Source: an uncultured virus (IMG/VR IMGVR_UViG_3300037329_000040) (Duplodnaviria > Heunggongvirae > Uroviricota > Caudoviricetes). Taken from it: DNA of 37,043 bases. Location of the stretch: the IMG/VR virus record IMGVR_UViG_3300037329_000040, one strand, 5' to 3'. Positions within the stretch are counted from its first letter, which is position 1. Every line of letters begins with the position of its first letter. The notes beneath the pieces are model-generated. The model searched no databases and was not told the origin of the DNA. It saw nothing but the letters and a program-made list of their open reading frames with translations. Positions 26,550 through 35,233 of the stretch are shown here, piece after piece. The position numbers and the translations under genes are program-made.

Positions 26550-27053
26550 ATGGGAACACGCAACATAACTAAGGTAATCAAAGATGGCAACACAGTAGTT
26601 TCTCAGTATGGACAATGGGACGGATACCCTGAGGGACAGGGCGTTACCGCTCTAAACTTTATCCGTAACCCTGAGATGATTGAACTACTAACCCATAACA
26701 TTGACAACCTATACACGATGAGTGATACAGTATGGGCTTTAGAGATTGATAAGATTCAGAAAGCAAATCTTGACGATAAGGAGTTTGAAAAGCTCTGGCC
26801 TACTATGTCAAGAAACACTTGCGCAGACATTCTAGAAGTGATTGCTACTAGTGATGGAATGTTGCCTATTGTTCTAGACCTAGAATTTGAGTTTGATGAG
26901 CTAATGTGTGAAGGTATCTATACCCTCAATTTAGATAACAGAACCTTTGTTTCTACCTATGAAGGAATTACTCTCGTTCTCACCTTTGATGAGATACAGG
27001 CAGGACTAACCAACGATGACTATGTTTGGGCGTTCACTTTAGAAAAAGCATAA
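26550..27053 (+). CDS. Conserved phage protein (MGTR...Y..WDGYP family)
   Basis: Motif recognition; promoter at 26497. Confidence 0.7.
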   Translation: MGTRNITKVIKDGNTVVSQYGQWDGYPEGQGVTALNFIRNPEMIELLTHNIDNLYTMSDTVWALEIDKIQKANLDDKEFEKLWPTMSRNTCADILEVIATSDGMLPIVLDLEFEFDELMCEGIYTLNLDNRTFVSTYEGITLVLTFDEIQAGLTNDDYVWAFTLEKA

Positions 27054-27216
27054 GCAACACGCCGATCCCCTGGACTTGACATCTGGGGGATCTGGCCCCC
27101 GGGCCCCTCGTTACCAAAACGCAATTAAGAAGAAGAAGAAAAACCCCTCCAGGGCTTGCATAATGTCACCCCCTTGGTGTATAGTAGTACTATCAAACAA
27201 AGAGAGAAGACCCCTT

Positions 27217-28212
27217 ATGTCGCACGAAATTGAAACAGTAAATGGCCAGTCCGCATTCGCATCACTACGTCAGCCTGCATGGCATGGATTGGGAACCGTA
27301 TTTGATGAGGAAGTTACAACCAAGGAAATGCTAGACCTAGCACACCTTTCAGATTGGAACGTCCGTCTAGAAGATGTTGCAATTCCCGAAGGCTTTGCAA
27401 GTGACAAGAGCTTTTCTTTTGTTACACGCACTAACCCTTTTGACAAAGAGCAGAACGATGTTCTAGGCGTGGTTGGTGAGCGTTATGTTCCATTGCAGAA
27501 CGAAGACTTGTTTGACTTTGGAGACCTAATGTTGGATGGTGGAGGACGTTGGGAGACAGCTGGCTCTATCAAGGGTGGCCGTCAAGTATTCGGTTCTCTG
27601 GCTCTTGAGCGTGAGAGTATCTTAGACCCTAGTGGCGTAGCCGATAAAGTCAACACGTATTTGCTAATCAACACAAGCCACGATGGTTCAGTTGCCATCC
27701 AAGCTTCTATTACTCCAGTTCGTGTTGTATGCGCTAACACTCTCAACTTTGCTCTTAGGGGTAAAGCTAAGCAGTCCTTCAAGATTAGGCACACAGCAAC
27801 CGCTTCTGGCAAGGTTCAACAAGCTCGTGAGGCACTTGGATTAGCTAACAAGTACATGGATGAGTTTGACCTTATGGCACAGCAGATGATTGAGTCAGAA
27901 ATCTCTAAAGCCAAGTTTGACAAGATTGTTGCTTTGGCATACCCTGCACCAGTAGGCGAAGATAAGAAGGGTTCGTTCAAGAAGTATGGAACGAAGATTG
28001 ACGTAATCAACTCTATTTACTACAGCGATACAACCGCCATGATTAGTGGAACGGCTTGGGGCGCTCTAAACGCCATGACAGAACGTTTGGATTGGTATCG
28101 CACAGCTCGTGGTGGTTCCAATGAGTCTATCTTGGCTTCCGCTTCTGGCTTTGACCCAATGATAAATGCAGAGAAAAACCGTTTGCTTCAGTTGGTATTA
28201 GCCAACGCATAG
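27217..28212 (+). CDS. DUF932 / phage-plasmid TIGR03299-like protein
   Basis: PAWHGLG, LGVVG.RY...QN, ETAGS..GG, SHDGS, TPVRVVCANTL, RHT, GTAWG..NA..E motifs; start corrected to MSHEIE. Confidence 0.9.
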   Translation: MSHEIETVNGQSAFASLRQPAWHGLGTVFDEEVTTKEMLDLAHLSDWNVRLEDVAIPEGFASDKSFSFVTRTNPFDKEQNDVLGVVGERYVPLQNEDLFDFGDLMLDGGGRWETAGSIKGGRQVFGSLALERESILDPSGVADKVNTYLLINTSHDGSVAIQASITPVRVVCANTLNFALRGKAKQSFKIRHTATASGKVQQAREALGLANKYMDEFDLMAQQMIESEISKAKFDKIVALAYPAPVGEDKKGSFKKYGTKIDVINSIYYSDTTAMISGTAWGALNAMTERLDWYRTARGGSNESILASASGFDPMINAEKNRLLQLVLANA

Positions 28213-28228
28213 CAAAACGAAAAGCAGG

Positions 28229-28257
28229 TGGCCTTCCCAAAACTGGGAGGGCCATTT
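28229..28257 (+). terminator. Hairpin terminator after DUF932
   Basis: TGGCCTTCCCA-AAAC-TGGGAGGGCCA. Confidence 0.65.
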
Positions 28258-28310
28258 GACTTTCACGAAGATCTGTGCCCGGCCCCACTTTTGATAATAA
28301 ATAATATATA

Positions 28311-28353
28311 TAGTTATCAAAAAGACTTTAAGAAGAAGGGTAAAAACCCCTCG
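28311..28353 (+). repeat. 43-bp perfect repeat of 30212..30254 (partial third copy near 30276)
   Basis: TAGTTATCAAAAAGACTTTAAGAAGAAGGGTAAAAACCCCTCG. Confidence 0.9.
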
Positions 28354-28421
28354 AGAGGTACTTGCATAATGTCTGACCCCCATGGTAGTATTGATTTATC
28401 AAAGAAAGAGAGAGACCCCCA

Positions 28422-28619
28422 ATGACCTATGTACTCAGACCAGAATCATACGTTTCAGAAGATGGCAACTACGGTAGTGGCATGCTGCTTACCTTTTCTT
28501 ATGACCAGCTAACCGAAGACCAGTGGGGTGTTCTTGACACCCTAGCCGACAGCGATAAAATGTCGTATGCCGTTGCTATACTAAAGGGACACGAAGACCT
28601 ATCAGAATGGGAAGACTAA
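28422..28619 (+). CDS. Acidic hypothetical protein
   Basis: Promoter at 28370; GAAAGAGAGAGA RBS. Confidence 0.7.
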   Translation: MTYVLRPESYVSEDGNYGSGMLLTFSYDQLTEDQWGVLDTLADSDKMSYAVAILKGHEDLSEWED

Positions 28620-29223
28620 TGGCTGAAGTAACTATGGGCAGCACCTGGACTAATTTCTTTAGTATGCCAGTTATAACTAATAACGATACCCTGGAGGATG
28701 AAGATGAATCTTGAATACTGGCAAGGTGTGTATGATACCTGTGAGTATCTTAGAGATGAATTGGGCCTTGAGGGGATGATGGATACTCATATGGCTGTTC
28801 AGGCTATTGAGGAGCTAGGGCTATGAGTGAGTACCGTATATATTCTGATGGCACACTTTATCTAAATAAGATAAAGGCTGATAGGCTATACGACGTATAT
28901 CGGTGTGTCGGTTGCGGTAAGTCTTGGAGGTCTACCGCTAATAAAATGGGACACAAAGAGGCTACCTGCAGGAGGTATCGTTGACAGTATCAAAGGCTAA
29001 GGCCAGACGTGATGGAACCTATGTTCATGTTCCTAAAATGTCATACCCTACCCCTACAATAGGAACTATGAAAACAACAAAGCCATGTCCCAACCACGAA
29101 GGTGCCTTTGATTGCACACCATTCTGTAACAAGTGTGAAGGAGAGCAAGAGTATAATGTCTGAGGGTAATGATAGACTAGAGGAACTAACAGACGAAGAA
29201 CTACTACACTTAGGGAGAAGCTA

Positions 29224-29409
29224 ATGTCAGAAACAGGATACTTTTTTAGTAAGAAACAGGCTGCTATGATTGCAGAACTAATTGCTCAGAAGGTAGAGGA
29301 AGACCATTCCAAATACCATTGTCTAGTAGAAGCGTATGACAAGCTAACTAGAGGTTGGACTTGGAAATCAGATGACCACGAAGCAAGAAAGCTAGAGGAC
29401 GCAAAATGA
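29224..29409 (+). CDS. Hypothetical protein
   Basis: GGGAG RBS; ORF track. Confidence 0.65.
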   Translation: MSETGYFFSKKQAAMIAELIAQKVEEDHSKYHCLVEAYDKLTRGWTWKSDDHEARKLEDAK

Positions 29410-29513
29410 GTGCTTGGACAGACGGTAGCATAATCAACGAAGATGTGTTGAATAGCCTAACCAAAGAGCAACTAGATAAACTAGCAGAGATGTTGAAAGA
29501 CGTATAACCCAAG

Positions 29514-29786
29514 ATGAAAATTCGCAAAAGACAAAGTAGGGAGACTACCTTGACGTTTATGACTAAAGAGTTTACCAAGCTTGACCAGTTCCTAGACTAC
29601 ATGGTTAGTCATCTCTATACTCTCTATGATGAGGTAGACCAGATAACTTGGGAGGACATTGAGTTTGAATACCTGAGTGGTAGCATTGACACTACCCAAC
29701 ACTACCTTGCCAAGTGTGGTAAGGACTACATGGCGCTCAACCAATACCAGGAAATCTTGGAGGAACAAAAATGGAAAAATTCATAG
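29514..29786 (+). CDS. Acidic hypothetical protein (start uncertain)
   Basis: ORF track. Confidence 0.6.
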   Translation: MKIRKRQSRETTLTFMTKEFTKLDQFLDYMVSHLYTLYDEVDQITWEDIEFEYLSGSIDTTQHYLAKCGKDYMALNQYQEILEEQKWKNS

Positions 29787-29986
29787 AGACTGATAGGAAC
29801 AACGTTGAGTTCCATCGCCGACTCTGGTCAGAGATAGCCAAAGAGAATGGTTGGTACAACGAACCGTTCTACGTCCAAACATTCCAAAACGAGGCAGGTG
29901 AGATTTGGGACAGTGTTAGCAGTCGCGACATGACCCAGGACCGCGTATACCTCGGAGAGGAATTTGACGGCGAGGATGACGACTGA
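29771..29986 (+). CDS. Acidic hypothetical protein
   Basis: GGAGG RBS. Confidence 0.7.
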   Translation: MEKFIETDRNNVEFHRRLWSEIAKENGWYNEPFYVQTFQNEAGEIWDSVSSRDMTQDRVYLGEEFDGEDDD

Positions 29987-30358
29987 GGAGAAGGTCCCCA
30001 CGGGTAGGTAAAGAAGACTTTGAATAAACAACAGACAGGGAGACACACAATGGAAGATGAATACGTCGTAGAGCTATTTGAGATGGCTGAGAAGGGTGAG
30101 ATTTCTTACCAAGAGCTGAACATGGAATTGGAGACAGGTGGCTTTGACGGCGACCTGATCGATTTCCTCTAGCAGGACCCTTCGGGGCCCGGGTCTCTAT
30201 AACAGTATTAGTAGTTATCAAAAAGACTTTAAGAAGAAGGGTAAAAACCCCTCGGGTCCTTCTATCAAGACTATTAGTTATTAAAAAGACTTTAAGAAGA
30301 AGGTTGACAACCCCCTAGGATCATGAGACAATAGAGTATCAAAGAAAGTAGGATTTCA

Positions 30359-30529
30359 ATGGCGGAATACACCGTAAGTATTTATGAAAAGATTGCTCAC
30401 ATTGTAGACGTAGAAGCTGAATCAGAAGATGAAGCATACGACAAAGCCTACGAGGCTATCTCTTTGGGTAAGCCCTATGACATCGAAGCTGTGGAATTTA
30501 CTGGTGAGTGGAGAGCAGAGCTTAGCTAA
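30359..30529 (+). CDS. 56-aa acidic protein (VEAESEDEA motif, DpnD/PcfM-like)
   Basis: AGAAAGTAGGA RBS; TTGACA promoter at 30304. Confidence 0.65.
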   Translation: MAEYTVSIYEKIAHIVDVEAESEDEAYDKAYEAISLGKPYDIEAVEFTGEWRAELS

Positions 30530-30580
30530 AATGTCAGACCCCACTGTTATAATAAAAGTATAAACGAAAGTAGGATTTTA

Positions 30581-30811
30581 ATGGATCAGAAGGTATACGC
30601 AGATCGTAAGCCACGGGTATCTGAGGTAGGATCATGGAACAGGATCTTTCATAACGAGGACATCTCAGTCTATGAGGCTAGTAATTTTTATGATTACTAC
30701 AAGACTGTTACTCGTGCTAAGAAGACTAAGTACTTCTTTGGAGAGACTGCCTGGATGAGTACCCAGAGATTTGTCTTATCGCTCAGCCTCTCCGCTTACT
30801 CTATTTTCTAA
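30581..30811 (+). CDS. Hypothetical protein (FFGETAW motif)
   Basis: Promoter at 30532; GAAAGTAGGA RBS. Confidence 0.7.
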   Translation: MDQKVYADRKPRVSEVGSWNRIFHNEDISVYEASNFYDYYKTVTRAKKTKYFFGETAWMSTQRFVLSLSLSAYSIF

Positions 30812-30876
30812 AAAGACTTGACAATGGCCGCTGCCTATGTCATACTTGACACATAACCCCAAGAGATAGGAACCCC

Positions 30877-31410
30877 TTGCACGTACTTCAAAACATAGCT
30901 ATTCAAGCAGACGACTCCGAGCATGCCTTTCGTTCTGTACAAGAGGGACTAGAAGCAAAGCTAGGGGATGACCCCTACTCCGATAGTAATACATGGTTTG
31001 ATTGGTTTGTTACTGGTGGTGGACGGTTCTCTAGTAGTGAGGACCCTTACAACGATAACTACATGGATGATGTTGTAAAGCAAGATACCCCAGAGTTTGT
31101 GGACAGGCTTACTCAGTCTATGACTAATCGCAGTACAGAGATGTCTGAGTATCTAGTTAGTGCAGAAAAGATTGACTACAAGGCTCTGCTTGTCTCTTTG
31201 AGGGGAGCAAGCTCTGGTAACCCTGACTACAAGGTAATGTCTGACCTCTACTCTATCAAGAAGCTCTATGACATGGCTGGTGGACTTTGGGACTTCAACT
31301 CATACTTCTATGACATGCATAACGACAGCACAAGTATGCAACCCATGCAAAAAAGTATTGACAATGGCGACAAGACGTGGTACATTGTACCTGTAGACTT
31401 CCACTTCTAA
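30877..31410 (+). CDS. Conserved phage protein (MH...WFDW...GGR...VDFH family)
   Basis: Motif pattern; TTGACA promoter at 30818. Confidence 0.7.
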   Translation: MHVLQNIAIQADDSEHAFRSVQEGLEAKLGDDPYSDSNTWFDWFVTGGGRFSSSEDPYNDNYMDDVVKQDTPEFVDRLTQSMTNRSTEMSEYLVSAEKIDYKALLVSLRGASSGNPDYKVMSDLYSIKKLYDMAGGLWDFNSYFYDMHNDSTSMQPMQKSIDNGDKTWYIVPVDFHF

Positions 31411-31419
31411 GGAGACCCC

Positions 31420-31812
31420 ATGACTACATACGAAAGTTTGACCTACACTCAGTGGGAAGAAAAGTTCAAGCCAGTCACTAATCATCTTACCAAGCAACCT
31501 GACTCTATAATCTTTGAGACGTATGGTGAAGACTGGGAGCACCTTGCTGGTATAGATAATCATTTCATCTGGACGTTTGGAGACTCAGGTGGCTGTAGCT
31601 ACATTAGCAATGGACAGCATTGGGTAAACAGGTTGCACTATCACATCACAGAGATACCTTGGGAAGAAGACGTGTCCTATGACATCACTGTCAGCACCGA
31701 TGAAGACTGCGAGTGCTACGATGAGTCGCGTATGGAAGCAAACGAAGAACCAGGAAATCCAGATTGCATAGAGTGTGAAGGCTCAGGACTGATTACGGTG
31801 TACAATGATTAA
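31420..31812 (+). CDS. Hypothetical protein (FETYG...VNR..Y.ITE.PW, C-terminal CxxCxG)
   Basis: AAGGAG RBS. Confidence 0.7.
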   Translation: MTTYESLTYTQWEEKFKPVTNHLTKQPDSIIFETYGEDWEHLAGIDNHFIWTFGDSGGCSYISNGQHWVNRLHYHITEIPWEEDVSYDITVSTDEDCECYDESRMEANEEPGNPDCIECEGSGLITVYND

Positions 31813-31993
31813 TACTATAGCTACAAACCTTACTTTGCAAAACGTCAGCATGGAGTTGATTAGAAAGCAGAGAAGGTTACTCAACCTGTTAACAATGGGA
31901 GAGAAAATTACAGAAGACCAGATGGACCTAGTCTATGCATTCTTAGATTGCTTAGATGATGCCATATGGAATAAGGCAGGGGAAGAGAACTAA
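31805..31993 (+). CDS. Hypothetical protein
   Basis: Overlap-coupled ORF. Confidence 0.55.
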   Translation: MINTIATNLTLQNVSMELIRKQRRLLNLLTMGEKITEDQMDLVYAFLDCLDDAIWNKAGEEN

Positions 31994-32376
31994 TGCAAAC
32001 CAATGAGCACGACGTTAACGTATACGTAGATAATGATATCGTAAAGATAGTATGCTACAGGATGATGGTTGATAGCGAAGGAGAGTTGGTGGCCACAGAT
32101 ACCCAGAGTGAACCTAAGATCTTTGCCATCTCCATTAATGAAACGGACCCTGAGCTTAAAGAGATCCTGAGGTTTGCATTAGATGCTGAGTACTATGATT
32201 CTGTAGAAGAGAAAGAAGACTGGGTAGCATTGCATGGTTCATGGCAGTCATACTGGGCAGGCACAGATACTTGGGAATCTAGTACCACCTTCTCAAAGAA
32301 TGCCACTCCGATCCTGGCGTCTTTCTTGGACTCACTTCCTTTCTACGAGCCTAAGACTTTGGCATACAACAACTAA
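31993..32376 (+). CDS. Acidic hypothetical protein
   Basis: TAATG-coupled. Confidence 0.65.
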   Translation: MQTNEHDVNVYVDNDIVKIVCYRMMVDSEGELVATDTQSEPKIFAISINETDPELKEILRFALDAEYYDSVEEKEDWVALHGSWQSYWAGTDTWESSTTFSKNATPILASFLDSLPFYEPKTLAYNN

Positions 32377-32456
32377 TTAAATAAAGATTGACAGAGTCGA
32401 GCCTAGCTCCTTTGTCATAGCGGACAACGTGGTTAGGGGTAACTAGTTGTCCGCAC

Positions 32457-32497
32457 TGGAGGTGTTGAGGGTTCCTACTTTCTCCTTGACACCTCCA
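32457..32497 (+). ncRNA. Anti-RBS stem-loop B (third of three tandem hairpins)
   Basis: 14-bp stem, loop GTTCCTACTTTCT; the 3' arm contains the TTGACA of a TTGACA-N17-TACAAT promoter. Confidence 0.65.
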
Positions 32498-32531
32498 ACC
32501 ATTTTTGGTACAATAGGACAATAGGAGAATA

Positions 32532-32756
32532 ATGAAACGAAGCCTGACAAAAGACCAAGTGGTCGCAAAGAGAATTGCTGAAATGGTCAGTGATGTTACA
32601 TTGGACTTAGACGAGGTAGGGAAATCTATTGCAAACGCTCACCCAACAGTTATCTATAACAGGTTAGTTTTACTTGCAGAGGCTGCCGTAGAGGAAAAGA
32701 CTACAGAAAAAGGACATTCCAGTTTGAACAATTACCTAGAGGAAAGAGGTTTCTGA
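32532..32756 (+). CDS. Hypothetical protein
   Basis: AGGAG RBS; promoter at 32486-32514. Confidence 0.7.
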   Translation: MKRSLTKDQVVAKRIAEMVSDVTLDLDEVGKSIANAHPTVIYNRLVLLAEAAVEEKTTEKGHSSLNNYLEERGF

Positions 32757-33016
32757 TGGCAGAGACAGAGTTTACAGTCAAGACAGAAATGTTGGCAGAC
32801 CTATGGTTGAACTATAAAGACGACCCAGAGTTCTTAGACTTCATCTCATACAACGATTTGGGGTTACCGCTTTCATACATGCTTGCTAATCTAATCGTTC
32901 TTCCTACACCATTAGCAACAACGTTTGTAGAAGAAACGTTTGTTCTTTTGCTTGCCGCAATGGAAATTCCAGAAGATGAAGGGTTCGAGTCGCTAGACGA
33001 TTTGTTCTCTATCTAA
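32756..33016 (+). CDS. Acidic hypothetical protein (YNDLGLPL motif)
   Basis: Coupled ORF. Confidence 0.7.
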   Translation: MAETEFTVKTEMLADLWLNYKDDPEFLDFISYNDLGLPLSYMLANLIVLPTPLATTFVEETFVLLLAAMEIPEDEGFESLDDLFSI

Positions 33017-33077
33017 AATGTCAGAGGGTGGAGTTATAATGAGTTACATCAGAGATAAGAAAACGGAGAATACTAAA

Positions 33078-33341
33078 GTGGCTGACGAGCTAGACACTAC
33101 AGAACTACGGGAGAAATGCTTTATACTATCAGAATACTTCTTGCCAGTATTTGAAGACTTCTGGACTGAGGAAGGCAAGGTTGTAACTGAAGATGTGCGC
33201 TTTGCTTTATTCACGAATGGACTAACCTTTCAGATTGCTTTTGCTGTTGAGTATGACTTGATTAGTGTTGAGGGATTGTCTCAAGAAGCTATTGACGACA
33301 TCAACGAGGCTCACGCTCACCTAGTTAGTTTGTCAGGGTAA
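33078..33341 (+). CDS. Acidic hypothetical protein, distantly similar to 32756..33016 (start corrected to GTG)
   Basis: The track's ATG lies inside the 33019 promoter motif; GGAG RBS precedes the GTG at 33078. Confidence 0.6.
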   Translation: MADELDTTELREKCFILSEYFLPVFEDFWTEEGKVVTEDVRFALFTNGLTFQIAFAVEYDLISVEGLSQEAIDDINEAHAHLVSLSG

Positions 33342-33502
33342 CCTGTCATTCTTTCTGGGTGACCAGGCCCCGGCCACCTATCTCCATAACCACCATATAA
33401 ACAATAAAGGTATTAAGAAGCATTAAGAAGACACCTCTACGATCGTGAGTTTTTATTGATAAAAGACTTGACATTGATAAAGATCTAAGCTATACTATAG
33501 TT

Positions 33503-33578
33503 AAGAAGTTGAGTAGGTGCAAGCCAGCTAACGTCATTGCGATGTGGCTGTGAACTAGCTGCTCAGCTTCTTTTTTTA
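33503..33578 (+). ncRNA. Stand-alone ~75-nt structured RNA
   Basis: TTGACA-N17-TATACT at 33468-33496; AAGAAGTTGAGTAG/CTGCTCAGCTTCTT basal stem, inner AGCCA/TGGCT stem, T-run; no ORF. Confidence 0.65.
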
Positions 33579-34653
33579 TGCTTGCGGGTCCTATCCCTAT
33601 ATCCTTATTCATCCTATCTGTCATAAATACATTACGAAGGAAGTCAAAAGATCGTGAGAGGTATTTACTATAGGGGTATTTCTTATACTTGTGTTTTATT
33701 TATAGCTATACCCCGGCTCTGCCGGCTGGCTCTGCCAGGGCATTAAGAAGAGACCCCTAATCCCCCTAGTATATATAAAAGACATTACGAAGGACATCGA
33801 AAGATCGTGAGAGCTATATCTGTATATGTCTAATAGTTTAAATAGGTATATATGTATAGTTGGTATTTATTTTTTGGGGAACCAATCTGATCCAATCCTC
33901 CTAGTATAAGACATAATACCCATAGAGGAAAGACATTATGATAGGGGTTATATTTTGCTATAAATAGTATTTGTTTTATAACAAATAAGATAGTTTATTA
34001 GATATTATTAATACTTATTGCTATGTTTGTTTATATTATTAGGGATATATATATGGATATTTGGGAGGGAATTTCTTCTGATCTTCATTCCTCCTAGTAT
34101 AAATAACACATCAAAGGGTAGTAGGGATACATCTGCTATGGGTATATGGGGGCTATGGTTATACCACATATGGGGATATTTGTCAAGGATATTTGATTAC
34201 GGTTATGTAACGTGTGGGTCTTTCATCCATACCTATCCACTCCTATCCACTTCACTCCACTTAGCAATATATTCAGTAAGATAATAACTATCTATACAAT
34301 GTCGTCAGACATGCTTCTAATCATCGCTGTGTGTTAATCTGAGGCGGTATCAGTACTATTTCTGACTGGGTTATGGTTATATGTCTCAGAGCCTTATATG
34401 GCTTATAGTCTTATATGTCTCATAGTTTTCTTTGATAGCCATGTTCTTTAGGCTTATAGTCTTTCTTAGGATCATTTGTTTGTTCTTATAGGGTTATTGT
34501 TTATACTAGGGAGATAGGTCTCTTCTGATACCCCAAAATTATTTGGTGCGATCGTCTATCCAAGCTAGAAAGGCCACAGCTGTAAATAATGCTATAAATA
34601 TTGCTATTCCAGCTATGTCAGGATTAGCTGCCTCTACTATGTGTGAAGTGTTA

Positions 34654-34902
34654 TTATACAAAGGATTCCTGTCCAATATAGACATACCTGGCTACATCAG
34701 ATACCCCACTCATATTTATTTCAGCACCCAGTCTTAGTTCATAGGTGGCTATTAAATGATTAATTTCAATGTTGTCGTCATATGGATTATCAAAGGGACT
34801 TATGTCTCCTTGTACAATAAACTCAAAAGTTGGTTTCAGAGTTGGTACGCTATAGGTAGTTCCATCTGCTGGTCCTCCAACAAATTCTACTGTTATCGCC
34901 AT
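34654..34902 (-). CDS. Hypothetical protein (F.GGP.DG motif)
   Basis: AGAAAGA RBS. Confidence 0.65.
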   Translation of the reverse strand: MAITVEFVGGPADGTTYSVPTLKPTFEFIVQGDISPFDNPYDDNIEINHLIATYELRLGAEINMSGVSDVARYVYIGQESFV

Positions 34903-35020
34903 GGTGTGTCTTTCTATTAGATGGATGGTGGTTAGATGTTTTAGATATTTTAGGTATTTTAGATATTTTATATACCCTCGGAATATGTGAGAATGGTGCT
35001 ACGTTAGTAGCCTAGTGTGC

Positions 35021-35233
35021 TCATACCGCCGAACTTAGCTCTTTCGCGACGAGCTCTAATTCTTCATATCGGACGAGCTCACAGTTGTGGTACTTGTTAT
35101 AAGATGACTCCAGAGCGCGAATTGCGTTAGCTTTCTCTTTAACATTGTACACAAACACGCTCACCTTACAAGGCTCGCAGTGGATGATTCCGCTCCAGCC
35201 AGTTAGGGTTTCTTCGATCTCTGTCTTATTCAC
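35021..35233 (-). CDS. Hypothetical protein (CxxC)
   Basis: ORF track; coupled to 35226..35417. Confidence 0.5.
   Translation of the reverse strand: MNKTEIEETLTGWSGIIHCEPCKVSVFVYNVKEKANAIRALESSYNKYHNCELVRYEELELVAKELSSAV

Noticed and set aside
20919..33040. CRISPR-like or attC-like cassette repeats (AAAATGTCAGACCC)
   Set aside because: Spacing is irregular and not palindromic; the fixed distance to a TANNNT hexamer and downstream starts identifies them as promoters
21837..33077. ORF-track entries 21837..22058, 22231..22413 and 28228..28425, and the N-terminal extensions at 21357, 27076, 28981 and 33018
   Set aside because: They run through promoter or terminator modules, or use the ATG inside AAATGTC; better RBS-supported starts exist
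33337..33364. Possible fifth anti-RBS hairpin (loop TCATTCTTTC)
   Set aside because: The stem is short with a mismatch, and no convincing GAAAGAATGA target is in this window
34225..34262. DnaA boxes
   Set aside because: CTATCCACT differs at two positions from TTATCCACA; insufficient evidence
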